In this document: positions 26,205 to 39,870 of the stretch, one piece after another
How positions within the stretch are numbered: position 1 is the first letter of the stretch
Layout: each line of letters opens with the position of its first letter
Source: Trichodelitschia bisporula
Taxonomy: Eukaryota
Length of the DNA: 64,000 bases
Direction: 5' to 3'
Assembly: GCA_010356995.1 (NCBI GenBank)
Contig: ML996703.1
Location: 124,001 to 188,000 of the forward strand
The notes under the pieces: model-generated
Seen by the model: only the letters and a program-made list of their open reading frames with translations
What the model was told of the DNA's origin: nothing
The model's database searches: none
Made by a program: the position numbers and the translations under genes

Positions 26205-27503
26205 TGCGATGAGGGGGGATTGATGCAAGAAAGATGTCGTGGGTAGCGTGAAGTCGAAGGTGAGTTGTCGAGAGCCAACTCGTTGCCGTGGACAAACAGC
26301 TGGAGGAGGGGTAGTGGTTGACGGGAGTCGGAGGGCGTATGCAGTCAGGTGTTTGCTACACAGGACCGGGGCGCAAGAACAGAACAGTCGGAAAGTGAGA
26401 GCGTGTTTCCCTGGCGGCAGCTGTGTGAGGAAGGCGTGCGGGGGGGCGTGGTTGCTTGTTGAGTGTGTGTGCGGGTGTGCCGCATGTGTGGGGTGGGATG
26501 TGTTTGTACCTTCTGTGCAGTTGGAAGGTGACGGGTACAAGAGAGAAGATGTGGCATTCCTGCCCTCAACACTTCGGCAGGGCACCTTGGCCCCGCCCCC
26601 CTCCGCAGCTCTGCCTGCCGTCTGTGCTACCGTCCCCGGGCGCTTTCCCCCGCACTTCTTCCTTGGCGGACGTTGCTTGCCGCCGCTAGCCGTGGGTATG
26701 ATGCGCTAGCCCCACTCCAACCATCACGACTTCAACCTCTGGTGTTTCCACCGTGAATCTGACGCTGTACACTGCAGCTTGAGGTGTGCTGTAGCTCGGT
26801 GCACGCTACATTCTACGACTCTCTACAGTACTCGCGATGTCTGACTTCTCCAGGATCAATGGTCCCTTAATTGCCGGAGATGCGTCCTCCATACGGGCAT
26901 CCCCCTCGTGTTGAGCCTCGTCACTGCGACCGCGACCAGGCAGTGATAGCCGACGAGCCATTGAGCCGTCAGTTCCTGATTGCATGCATTACAATCCCTA
27001 CGACTATGCATATTTGCAATCACAGCCCTTGCTGGTGGTCCGGGATCTCACTGTTAAAGCGGCAGACAGTCTCGAGAGCAGACTCCTCATTAGATGCATC
27101 ACAGCTTCATTTGACCGTCTTAGTACGTTGCACAGCTTAGAGACGAACACACAGTCTAAAATTTCTCCTATCCGATTCAGTTGTTCGAATAATTGCACGT
27201 GTTAATGGTTTACTCGCGATGCCAGGTTGCAGCTGGCAGGTGTCTGCAGTACAAGGCCCATTCAATGGTGCCAACCCCAGCTCAATGACATTCTGGGCCT
27301 TGTTCCATCGGAACCTTCAACAAAGGAAACCTTGTCTAGGATCCGAACTTGAAGGACTTTGTTCATGAGTTCTCCGCTCAGCTGCCCAATGTACAAATAC
27401 TTGCCTATCAGGCCAGAAAACGTCCCCGCTTATACGCCAATAGACTGACTACGGTACCTACAGTTCAGACAGGCAGCTCACCACCATCAATCCCACAAAC
27501 AAC

Positions 27504-28526
27504 ATGTATCTCAAACTTACCACCACCCTCATGGCGGCTCTCCTGCCCTCAGTCTGGGCCCACCCCGCCAGGCCCGCCAGCCTCGGTACCTTTGGAGGCC
27601 AGGGTCTCGACGTCACGACGCCCAAGCCAGATGACATGGCGTATCACTTCAGAATTGACCTCAGCGGTATCTGCACCATGGCTACGTTCCCCGAGGGAGC
27701 TCACTACGTGGCCACGCCAGGTTACTACTGCATGGTTTACTCAGGCGCCGACTGCAACAGCGTGATTGCCTACAAAGTCACCGACCAGGAGCCCGCTGAC
27801 CGCAGTCTTCCCGGCACCTGGAGGAGCTACCGATGCTTCAAGGCTGGAAAGCCGAGGATGATACGGCGGGCAGGCAGCTCCCCCACTCCGCCACCAATGG
27901 CTTCCCAAGAATTCGATCTCAACGTCATGGAGCCAAATAAGAAACTCATGCTCGCCAGAACTTTCCGGACCGATCAGTGCGCCAACGTTACCGGTGTGCT
28001 CCTTGAGGGATCTCACTACCAGGCTACGCTAGGCTACTAGTGTATGGTGTACGAATCCAGCAACTGCGGCGGCGTGGTTGCCCACAAGGTCACTGATCAC
28101 GAGCCCGCTGACCGCATTCTTCCCGGCACCTGGCGGAGCACCAAGTGCTTCAAGGCTGAAAAGCCGAGGTTGATACGGCGGGCAGACAGCTCTCTCCCTC
28201 CGCCGGGTTTCGAAGACTTCGGTCTCAACGCCACGAGGCCAAGTAAGTCCTTCATGTACGTCAGAACTGGCTTGACCGATACGTGCTTCACCATTACTGG
28301 TATGATCCCTGAGGGGTCTCACTACCAGGTTACGCCAGGCTACTACTGTATGGTGTACGGAGTCGACAACTGCGGCGGTGTGGTCGCCTACAAGGTCACC
28401 GATCACGAGCCCAGTAACCGCACCCTTCCCGGCACCTGGCAGAGTTCCAAGTGCTACAAGGCTGGAAATGCAACGCTGGCGCGACGAGAAGTTGGGGAGG
28501 AGGTGTCGTTGTTCGGCATCAGGTAA
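27504..28526 (+). pseudogene. Secreted three-module 4-Cys repeat polyprotein with RR junctions, interrupted by in-frame TAG (28038-28040)
   Basis: ORFs 27504-28040 and 28044-28526 are in the same frame. Three ~103-aa homologous modules (EGxHY..T.GYYCMVY....C..V.A.KVTD.EP..R.LPGTW.S..C.KA). The TAG aligns with TAC in modules 1 and 3. Confidence 0.75.
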
Positions 28527-29544
28527 GGCACCATTTTGGAATGGCTGGCATGCTGTGAGAGTAGGATGGCGTTTTAGTTCTGTGTGCGGCTGTGTAAGTG
28601 CCTGCAAAGTGCTGGGATACACCAGTCTCTCTGGGCTTACACACTATGTGAGTCCTCCACCGAATTCAAGCTTGCTAGCTCTTGCCATTTTCTGCTTGAG
28701 AATCTGAGATTGCAGCGTGCTGTTTGATTCTGCTTGAAAACTGACATTTCAACCCGAATGCTCAGGGGAAGGCTTCCCGTTACCGCGAGTCGGCAACCTC
28801 TTCCCACCTTCAATACGAGCTGGACCAGGCTGACTGGGCATGCCGGCGTGGAGGATCCGTCTTGTCTAGAACTCGTCCGCCGTGGCAAAAGGCGGGCCTC
28901 AGCAACTAGGGACGGCTTCGACTGTAGTGGGACGCAGCCATATGCGTACCGGCACAGGAGGAAGAGCAGGCCGTCTGGAAAGCCAAAAGATCAGATGGCG
29001 CCGAGAAGACGAAGAGATCCAGACCGCGCCGAGCGAGCTCCAAGATGCGGACTCCAGCTGGATATCAAGTCTTTCGGTCAGCAGAGCTAGGAGCGGCTTC
29101 TAATGCTAATCCAGACTCCTCACCGCACCTTCAACGAAACCCATTCAGGGTCTCACATGCAAGTTGGCACGCGCCGCACCTCAACATGTACCGTACCGCA
29201 AATCAAGATATGCATGTTCATCGGACTGGCCAGCACATCGCATTCTCCACACCTGCATCCCCCCATCCCAAAAGGCCCACTTTCCAAAACCGGGCAGACG
29301 ATTTGACATCCCACTCGTCAAACCCACCCACTCACAGCCTCACCCGATCCCATTCAGCATACCAACCCTGATCCGCCCGTATATGCGCGCCACATCAGAT
29401 CTCACACCGTCCAGAAACACGGGTCCGGCGCCCGGGCCTCAGCGAGCCGCCGACCACGGCTATTCGGCATGCCGTCCATACCCGAAGCACCCTTTTCCCC
29501 CATATTTCCTGCCGGCGTAAGACACGTCGGCGCTTATCTGAGAT

Positions 29545-29561
29545 CCCCCCCCCCCCCCCCC
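29545..29561. repeat. Poly-C(17) tract
   Basis: Direct reading. Confidence 0.85.
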
Positions 29562-31478
29562 GCCGCGTCTTATTCTCCTATCGGTACGGCAGACCCACTC
29601 GCGGCCGGCGCCGGTCCGCGCCCGCGTCCGAGGTCGGTCGTGCGGTGGATATCTCCGCCGGCAGGCGAGACATGTCTGACATGCACCGCCTGTGCAGGAT
29701 GGAAGCATGCGGGTTCGGTGCACTGTCGCGGCAGCGTGGTCGTCTATCGCGGTGGCAGCTTCGATGGCGGGGCGATTGTCGATCGCAGGTGGGGATATGA
29801 GGGGGTATGCGGTAGTATTGCTATCGTGAGTCCTATTGCGTGGTTTCGAGCCTTCGTGATGAGAAGGAGGGAGGTTAGCCCCCGTTGAACGCAAGAGCCG
29901 CACGCCTGAGAGCCGCACGCCGACGGCACTCCTTCTCTCTCAGCCGTCCATTGCCAATTCGCGGCTGCCCCCAAATTGAAGGCCGAAAACGGTGGCCACC
30001 AGCCAACGCCCCTTCCGTCACCCAGCAACCTCTCCTCCTCCTAAACGGGGATAACTCCGGTCTCAGAGCAACGGTAAAAGCCCACCCAGCAGCTTCGCGT
30101 AATTGCGTTCTCCGTAAGTATCTCCCATCTGCACAGACATCGGCACTTCCCCTCTCACAAACCCCGACATCCGCATCCGGCAGGTGATCGTCCCGCCAAC
30201 CAGACGCGCAGACCAGCGGCGCGCTCGATCGCTGACATACTCCCTCGGCCGAACATCACACCCATTCGTCCCGCCTGCGTGAACCTATCTGCCAGTACAT
30301 CCGTACACTTGATACGTCCGCCGATCAGCAGCACCGAGATACGCACAGATACATGTCATGCCCGCATCTTTGCACATCTTGGTCAGTGTGCGGATAAGGT
30401 ACGAACAAGGCGAGTGCTAGTCATAATTCCAGCGCCGCCACCCCCCCGCCGTGGACGCCGTGGCTGGTGCCTCGCCGAGCGTCCGGCCCCTGAGGCGCAA
30501 AACCGGATACAGGACCAGTACCGTACCGTAAAGGCGCGGAGCATCCCGTTGCGGGCCGCGCGAGTACTCCAATGGACTTGCCCGGTTACACTCCGCAGAC
30601 CCTGTTTCCGTGCCTGTAGACCCTGTTTATGTTCGCGTTCCTGAATCTCGATCGGACACACTGGATACCGTATACGGAGGTAAGTATCCAGCCTCGCAGT
30701 CATAGGCGTGAATATCGCAATTCCCGCAGTCTTGGGAGGGTAGATTGAAGGGAGATGTAAAACTGGTCAGGCTTAAGGAATGCGCGCCACGGCCGCCTTC
30801 AAGCTCCTGCTAGAGGACGTGGGCGGATAAGCGCCCGCCACGCGGCTGGGCGTGGCGGGCGGGTGTGGAGATTTGGGGGATGGGATAAGGTTTGGTGAGG
30901 CGTGCTAGCTGAGATCCTACGGGAAGGGGGAAGGTTTAGGGTTCAACCGTGGGAATTATTGTTCTTCCAACAGCTGTTGTCCCATGGTGATGGTGAAGGC
31001 AGATGGTGGAAGAGATATTGATGCTTCGCGATCACTGGCAAGAGAAGTAGTATCGAAGGATATATTTGCACATCCACCATCAACCTCATTACACCCATCC
31101 ACCGACGGCCCATTTTCCACTATTAACCCGGCCGCCCCTCAAGCCACATCAAGCTTTTGATCCGCCCACCTGCATCAAGGCCGCCCGCACACTGCCCGTC
31201 TAGTCCCTCTCATAGTTACAGGTAAAGGTCCTCAAACTCGCCCAGCCGCTGGCAACACGAGATTCAGACGCGACAAAAAAGACCAACGCTCGCTCGATCT
31301 CTCAAAAATAATAGTTGTGTGCCCATAAAGATCCGAGTCCTCAGAATAACGCCCCATAAATGCGCGCGCGCAATGTTTCGCGGTCCAAATACTAGTATGG
31401 TATCAAAAACATGTGCAGACGTCCTGCACCGCCAATCCTCATCCAACCCCCCTTTCCATCATCAACAGCCAAGAGAAT

Positions 31479-33257
31479 TTACAAGCCAGAATCGCCCTGC
31501 GAGAACCCAGGAATCGAGTTCTCGAACGCAGTCCACGTCTTGCACCCATCATTGAAGCCAGACAGATCCCCAAGCGCGCCAATAACCTCCGTCGGGCGCT
31601 CAATGAACTGCACACCCAGACCGCCCGAGATATGGAACGGGATGTGGCAATGCAGCAGCCAGGCACCGGGGTTATCGCTGTTGAACGCAATGACAATGTA
31701 GCCACCGTTGGCGACAGTGTGCGTATCACGACGGATCGGGTTCTGAAGGTTCAGCGCCACACCAGTGCCAGACCCGGTCCCGTCAGCCACGACGTAGAAA
31801 TCGTGGCCGTGGAGATGGATCGGATGGGGCAGGGGCGAGTCGTTCTGGATCAGCCAGAAAGTCCACGTGTCCACGCCGCCGGCGATCGTGATACCGTTGT
31901 CGGTCTTCGGGAGCGTGTAGGTGCCGTTCTCGATGTATTGCAGGGTAGGCTTGGTCCAGTCGATCAGGATCGACTCGTTGTTGACCTTCCAGGCGACACC
32001 GGCGGAGACGTCGAGGGTGAGGTCGAGCTCGGTGGGGGCGGTGGCGGGCGAACCCGGGTTGAGTGCGACGAAGGGCACGAGGCCGGTCTCGTCGAAGCAG
32101 CCCGTGGACAGGGTATACGGCGTCGAGGTCGGGTTGCCGGAAGGCGCGCCGACGTAGCTGAAGATGGCGCCCTGGGTGTCAGTCTTCTCGTTCGGGCCGT
32201 CGCACTGGCCGCCGCCGGTGCCGATGCGGAACCAGTAGTTGGCGACGGGCTGGTTAGCCTCAATCACAACATCGTAGCGCTGGCCTGTGGATTGTTAGAT
32301 TTTGATCGTTGAGGGGATATGCGAATTACTCACCGACAGCAAGGACAAGCTGCGTCGTCGTGTACGGCTTGATGGGCACGAAGTCGTTGGCAATGACGGT
32401 GAACGGGTGGCCGTCCAGCGAGACGTGCAGGTAGGCGTTGATGCCCGTGTTCACGAGGCGGAGGAGGTGCTTCTTGCCGGGGGTCAGGGTGGTGACGCCG
32501 TACTTCCCCTGGCCGTTGTAGACGGAGGTACCGTTGTACAGGACGCTCTGGGCAGTGGGCGGGGCAGCGGGGCGCGAAGCCAAGATGGTGAACACGGGGG
32601 TGTGGAACCAATCGGTCATGGCGACGACACCGAGGTCAATATCGTAGTTGGCGGTGGCCGGGCCGTTGATCTTGATCGTGCCAACCAGACCATCGGCGTA
32701 CTGAACCGAGTAATGGGAGTGGTACCACGAGGTGCCGTACTGCGTCGCCTTGAAGGTGTAGGTCTTGGACTGGCCGGGTGCGATGGGGCACTCGGTGATA
32801 CCGTTAGTGCCGTCCATTTGGTTGCTGTTCAGCTGGCGCAGACCGTGCCAATGAATCGAGGTGCCGTTGTCGGGCAGGCTGTTGGAGACGGTGATTTGGA
32901 GGGTGTCGCCCCAATCAGCCTCGAGGGTGGGGCCGGGATATTGGCCGTTGAAGACCTGCACCTCGCGGGACACGCCATCGAAGGCCATCGTCTTCTTGGA
33001 CACATCAAGATGGTACTGGAACTTTGTCAGCCTTGCCCCACAGCGACGAGCGTCGCACATACCGTCACCGTCTTGCCGGTGTCCGGGAACTTGGCGTAGG
33101 GGTTCGTGGAGACACTGAAGCCGTCCTTCCAGCATGACCGTGTGCTGGGCCCGTTTGTGCAGGCGGAGTCGCGCTCAGCGAGGTGAGGAATGGCGGTAGC
33201 GAAGGTCGAGGAGGCGAGTGCCAGAAGGCAGGCCCCGACGGCCGGGAGGGAATACAT
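31479..33257 (-). CDS. Secreted laccase / multicopper oxidase (AA1)
   Basis: Signal peptide; Cu motifs HWHG, WYHSH, HPIHLHGH, HCHIPFH; ascomycete C-terminal DSGL. Introns 33016-33062 and 32285-32333. Confidence 0.96.
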
Positions 33258-36200
33258 TATTGCTCTTGGCTAATACGGAATCTTATTAACGGGTGGAGTT
33301 CGAAAAAGCTCAGCGAGTGACACTCCAAATTGGTAGAATATAAACCGAGCGAACGAACGATGGCTTGGAAGCTGGAGAGAAGTCAACATTGGGGGAGCAC
33401 GACGGCATACATATATCTGCCCGGGACATGGTCGAGGTTTGGGAGGACAAGGATGCAGTTTGGGGGGACAAGCCCCGGGGCTGGCACCAGCCGCGCTGGC
33501 TGCATCGTTCGAAGGCTAGCCTGCGCCAGAGTGGATGGTCCTTGGGCGTCGGGGAGACTGTCACGTAGCCTGTCGTCCTGCGACTAATTTTGCCTGGGAG
33601 GGCGCAGTCCATGCTGATGGGCAGGACAATGGTGATCAGGCTTGCAGGGCGCGGCGTACCCGTCGCTGGTGTTGTCTCTCGCTTGAGAGCCGGGGTGATA
33701 CTGTGTGGGGGGTAGGGATGTGGTTAAAATGTGGTTGGGGGTGGGTGGTTATCACCAGGGGGTGCTCTGACCAGGGAGCTTCTTTTTCCAGGTTCCCGCC
33801 GGTGGACAGCAGCAGTACGGAGGGACTCGTAGAGTAAACCAGCAGTAGGTCGAGTCCATACGAGGTAAGTTAACTGCGAAAGGCTAATCCATGCTCTCCC
33901 GCTTGGTGTGTCTGATCTGATCAGATTGCAAAACATGGCCGCGCGGGAGGCCTTGATTGAAGAAAGTGGAGAGGCCAGAGATGAAGATGAGCCGCTAGAG
34001 ATGCTCTGCCACACAAATGTTCTTTTCCTGGAATATTGCGGTTAATGTCTGATTAATTCGGTGTGAGGATGCTTTGAAGACTTCTCTCACACACCACACC
34101 CTCTCTCTCTCTCTATCCCTCATATCATCGTCATGACCACTGCATCGATCCAAGTTCCAGACCGGGGTCAACAGAAACAGCACGAAACAATAGGTTGAGG
34201 GGGCGACGGCAAGAATCGTGTCCGAGTCCAACGCCCCTCGCCACCCCTCCTCTGCCCTTTCTCACTCCAGCAGACCGTCGCTCGCGTCGCCCAGTGAAGC
34301 CGGCAAGTCAGCGGCAAGCCCTGGAGGCCGAAAAAGATGTGCGGCTTGTTCCAGCCGCCCCCGTCTGAGGCTGGGTGGCCCGGACGCCACAAACTCAGCC
34401 GTTCTGCGCTTGGGCGCCACGCGATAGGGCACATACTCGCCAAAGCAATGCCGTATCCGTTAAATGTCCCCAGTCAGCCTGCCTGCATCGGGCGAGCGCG
34501 CTTGGAAAGAGAGGTGAGATGTTGGCTCTGGTGACGGTGGGGGCCGGGCGGTGGGGGGTTGCTCCGAAGAAAGGCGAAAACCTGCAGGATAGCGGGGTTC
34601 GCGTTGACGAAAGGAGCAGAGATGGACTGTGTTAGCTATGTGGAGAGGGTGTTCACCGGACCGCAAGCAGAAAGCAAGCACCGCAGAACGCAAGCAGGAA
34701 GCAAGTAAGCTGCCTGCCTGTCTCTCTCGTTTCGCGAGTTGAAGCTCACGCGATGGTGATGCAACAGGACCTCCCCCAAATGACTTGGGGCGGCAAAAAA
34801 GGCTGAGCAATCGCGGTGGATGCTGGTCAATGGCGTTCGTGTAGCGTGAGTTTGGGTGTCGTGTCGAAGCCTCAAGCTTGAGCTTCGCTGCAAGCCGAGC
34901 GGAAAGAAGGTGAGAGGTTGGCCTGACGACCTGGCAGCCTCAGGCATAGACTGAGAGAAAAGGCCGGTAACTGGGGTGACCCCCTATCGTTATGCCCCTT
35001 GACCCTGTCTCCTGCCTCTGCGCTTTCAACCACCCAAGACCCTCCATCACCCTCCATCACCACTTCCACCACTTCCACCCCCTCTGCCACCTCTACCACA
35101 CTCCCCCCAGTGCCCGGCGGCTCAGCCGTCCCCCGCTTCCAAATTTGGATGCACCACCAGCCCGCGCCCCTCTTGGTGTGGCGCTAGCTAAAGCTTAGCT
35201 GACCCCCCGGTACCCCGCCCCTGCGCAGTGAAGGAGAGGTGAACATTGCTCCACGCCCCTTCTCGCTTCCACTTCAACTCTCCTGTCGCAGCCTCTGCAA
35301 GCCCGCGGCCTGCAATTTTGAACGCCTCTTCGCCATTATCCATGCAATGCGGCTACCTGGGCGCAGATACCGTGCAGCCGTGGAAGGAAGTGAAAAATAA
35401 AAAGTGGGAAACGAGATGGGATTGACCCGATGGCGAAAAGAAAAGAAAAAAAATGGAAGAAACATGGGATGACTTTTTGTGTGTGTGCAACGCTCAACCC
35501 ACGCCCCTGGCTCAACTCTGCTGCTTGCCTGCTGCATGGCCTGGGGTTGAAATGAAGAGGCTTTATGGCTGCTGTTGCTTGCCTCCGGCCCCGCAAAAGC
35601 CGACGACCAGCCTCAACTTCCTCAAGGCTGGGCTACTGAGGTTGGGGAAAATGAAGATGGTCGGTCGCCAACCACTTCCGCTGCCACTGTCATTTCGTGC
35701 ATCGCGATGTTTTGTTTGCAAAGGAGATGAGCCAGTCGTATCAAGCACTGCACATAAGCAGTGACTACGGTACTTCATGAGAGATATTCTCCCCGCCTTT
35801 TCTCTGCGCGTCACTCGTGCCCAGCCCATCTCTGTCCCCACTTCTCACCTCCACGCATGACGACCACCCACGCTTCTTACCCGTCCATTCCAGTACACAA
35901 CGTGCTACGTAAACCCGGAGACATCTGCCATGTGCTCTTGCGCTTCGTGCTTCGTGCTCGTGCTCTCCGCCCTGTGCACAGAGAGAGCTGTCAATGGCGT
36001 TCCGTGCCATCGTGGCCCACGACACCGGAAACCGAGCATCACACAGCTCTCGTCTTGAAAAGCCCCAGCACACGGTTCCCAGTCCGCCCTCCCAGCGCGC
36101 CGAACAAACCGAACCCGTAACCTCACCGTGCCCACAAACTCCTTATCCGAATACCCGGTCGTACACAAACCGCACCGCATGCTTCGAAAGCTACGCAGCC

Positions 36201-39029
36201 TGCAGAACGAAACCGGCCCAACCGGCTGCTGTGTGTTGCTGGCTGTCACCTCTCCAGCCCGCCTCGTTGCACGCCCTCTTGTTCCCGTCGGTCGTATGCC
36301 CGAAGCTTGCCTTGTATCCATACCGCACACAACCGCCCACTCCATCCCTCCCTCCAGCTCTCCACATCGCATCTCTGCATCACCATCCCCACCCAAACTC
36401 CTATCAATCCGGCACCCACATCCCGTTGCCCAGAATCGCCGTCCCGCGGCGGTGGGCGCATCTCACACACCCATCCCAATCCAGCCAGCAGTCCCCAAGC
36501 AAGCCCACCTATTCGCCCTCGCTCCGGGCCTGAAAATGGGGAACTCCGATCCATGCCTCCGCGCCCATTCGACACCGTCCCATCTCCCGCGGCACATTCA
36601 ATAGGCGCTGCATCAACACCGCGGGCCTGTATATTTTCGCCCGCTTTTTGACGATATGCGTGATTATGCCGTTGGTCGCGAACCTGGAATCCCATCCCCA
36701 GTGAAGTTGCCCACGGCCAACCACCCCGCCTCCGCCGCCGGCGCGCACACAGGATGCGCCCGATGCGGACGGGGCGTGCGCAAAAGGAAAGCGCCTGCAG
36801 ATGAATGCAGAGCCGCGCCTTTGCGTCTGCGTCTGTGGAGCTGGGACGACTTCACGCGAACAGGCGAGGCGAGAGACATCTGCGGGTGCAGTGGAGCACA
36901 GATCAGACGTGAGAGACACGCATCGTCTCGACCTGCTCATTGAGCGTGTCGTTCCCTCGGCCTCGTGCACGGAGATTCTTGTCAAACGGCTGTGGTGCGG
37001 TCTCGAGTTTGAGCCGCTCGCTTGCCCTGCTTGCCCAATTCCAGCTCGCCTGATGCCAGCCCGATGGCAACTCGCCGCACTCTCTCGCTCCTCGAAAAAC
37101 TTTTACATTTTTGCGTCTCACCTCCAGCGCTTCATCGCGATCCCAAGATTCCAGACTCCGCCTAGCCATCCCTCGTGCCTTCTTCCCTCCCGCCATCGTC
37201 CCTTCCCCACGCCTAGACCTAGCCCACCCCACCAACGACGGTGTATCGATAGCACGCGCCCACGCACCGCCCACATTGGCCGCAACCAACGTAGCCAAGC
37301 ACCTCCCGCATCGCAACGGGCGTCAGACGGCGGGCCTCGCCCTCGCTCACCTCCACTGTACTACAAAACTTCCCTCTGCAGTACTACTGTGCACAGTCAC
37401 GAGCGGTAGCAACCGGTCGCACTGCGGCTGACGCTGACCGATCATCGTGACCGAACCATTATCGTGCCTCGACTAATCGCGGGTACACCACGCTCAAGCT
37501 GAGGACAAGAATTTCAGCCGCGGGCCGGCGGCTCGGCGCAACTTCAAACTAGTTCTAGTATACGGTGCTAGAACTACACCGCGCGGATGCCCGCTTGCCT
37601 AGGAGGTAAATCTGACCTCATTGCCCCAGCCGCTTGTCCTGCAGTCTGACCCATCATGACCTTCTCCATCCGCATCCGCTACTCGGTCCACCGCTCAACG
37701 ACACCCTCGTAGATACGTCAAACTAGGTAGGTACGTACCGGCCACCACCGCGGCCCGGGCAGGCCAGAAACACGAGTTCAAGCATCGCCATCCCCGGGCT
37801 CGGAATACGAGCCGCCGAATCGTCGACCTCACCGATCAATAACTCTTCCCAGCTACGAACCGGGTTGATCATCCCCATTGACCAAATCACAAAACCGGCT
37901 TACACGCGATCGCGCAACCACCGCGCGATCGGCTCGGGGATGGGAGTAATCGCAGCGGGCATCAAACACCAACCCCGGCGTTCACGAGGGTGAGGATCTG
38001 CAACGAATTGGCCAAGGCTCCCCCGGCTGCGACCTTCCATCTTGATCTGAGGCAGCGAGAGCGGGGTTTCAGTGGAGTAAGAGCGGAGCTAGCGCCGGCT
38101 GAGGGTGTTGACTCTTGACGGTGATGCTGTTGGTGCTGGGCTACTGTGCACTACTGCTCTCGTGAACTGCTCTCGTGAGAGTTGCGATGTCGACCCCACA
38201 TCGCCCCGCCGTCCGCCCTGCGGCCCCACCGGCTTCCCTGTCGGGCCGGCGCCTGCGCTTGTGGGAGCTACGGTAGGGTATGCCCGAGCGCGCGCCGAGC
38301 CCATAGTAGAAATCCCTCTGTAAGCAGTACCTCTGTACGGTAGCCAAGCTCCAGCTCTGCATTCTCCATATCGCGCACTGTAAATGCTGCCTCGGCCCGC
38401 CGAGCCAGGCCCCCAAACCAGACAAGCGCATCTCCTACATCGCCCCGGCCGTAGCCGGGGCGGCGGTGCAGCGGGTGGGACTGTCCGCACCGTCTCCCAT
38501 TGGCGGGATTTAAATAGCCACACGGTGAGGCTGGGGCGTACTTTTTACGGCGCGCAAAATGACTAACCTGACTTCAGATTTCGACAAAGTGCGCGAGGCT
38601 GCGGCGCGCTGATGCGTGCGGGTAGGCAGTGCTGTGGGATATTTGGCGATGAGGGTGTGCTTGGAGGCCTCGAGGTGAGATGAAGGGTTTGACAGGGTGG
38701 CAGTTGCGACCGATGCGATTGCGGGGGATGTGCCCCGCACTGGATACTGGATCCCCCGCTCATCTCCCTCCCCCGCTTGAAGCGGGTTTCACCCGTGGCA
38801 CGCACGTTTGCGCTGAGGACCCGGCTGCATCATCGCCCGCAAGGCTCCGGTCTGGGTGCGAAACCTGCGCTGGCTCATGTCTGGGGACGGGTTCGAGAAT
38901 ATTCCTTGCCGATGTTGGGTGTGGGGAAGTGGGACTTCAGCCTTGCGCTGGGTGTGACATCCGAACCGTTGGTATGGACAGCGATGACAGATTCTGCGGG
39001 CCGGGCGATTTGCTATGCCGATGATTATG

Positions 39030-39870
39030 CTGATGATCGTAATGTGAGATGTGCACATGGGAATTACATTTTGAACCGGCCGGAAGATGCGGTTATGGTC
39101 ATGGTGAGGCGGGAGTGAATTTCATATTCTGCGGGCCCCGAGATGTACCGATCCCGATGATCATGATGCGAGGAATAAAGCAGTAAGCGTCCGACACGCT
39201 GGTATACACATGGCAATTACATTTTCCGCGGGCCGCGCGATGCGCTGCCGGCAATGATCCATGATGCGGGGAGTAAGTTTTGCAGAGCGGGGGATCCCAA
39301 ACCATATATGTCGATCAGCGCTGATGCCTTTCGCAGCGGGACGACGCTGGGTCGAATCGCATACGAGCATCCATATGCCGTGTCTGTCGTGTACGCCGGT
39401 CCGCTTCTACTAATTTTCAACGCCTTCGCATCTACTCCACGATGATCATGATGCGGAAACGTGATGTGGAGGGCAAGCTTTTGCAGAGTGAGGGATCCCA
39501 ACCCCTATATGTCAATCAGGACGGCTAATCTTCCTCACCATGGAATGATGCTAGGCTGAATCGCTGTGTTCCGTGTGCTGGCGTCCATATGTCGTGGCTG
39601 GGGTGCACGACGTCTACCGCTTCTGCTTGCCACAACGCCCTCACATCCTCCCCACAATGATCACGATGCGGGAGATTAAGCTTTGTAGAGTGACGGATCC
39701 CAGGCCTTTTGTGTCGATCAGGGCGACGCCAATCCTCCTCACAGTGTAATGATGCTGGGCTGCATCGCTGTATACCGAGTCCCAGCATCAATGTCATGTA
39801 CACCGTACACGACATCACCGCGTCCGCTTGCCACAATGCCCTCGCGTCTCCCAAACTGCTATCACAGCAT
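39030..39870. repeat. Degenerate tandem repeat, ~200-215 bp unit (3 near-full copies plus partial ones)
   Basis: GGATCCCA at 39292/39493/39695; GTC(G/A)ATCAG at 39310/39511/39713; ATGATC..GATGCG at 39157/39254/39442/39657. Confidence 0.8.

Noticed and set aside
30661..30691. Small hairpin CTGGATAC...GTATCCAG with an internal palindrome
   Set aside because: An 8-bp stem alone is not significant, and there is no associated element.
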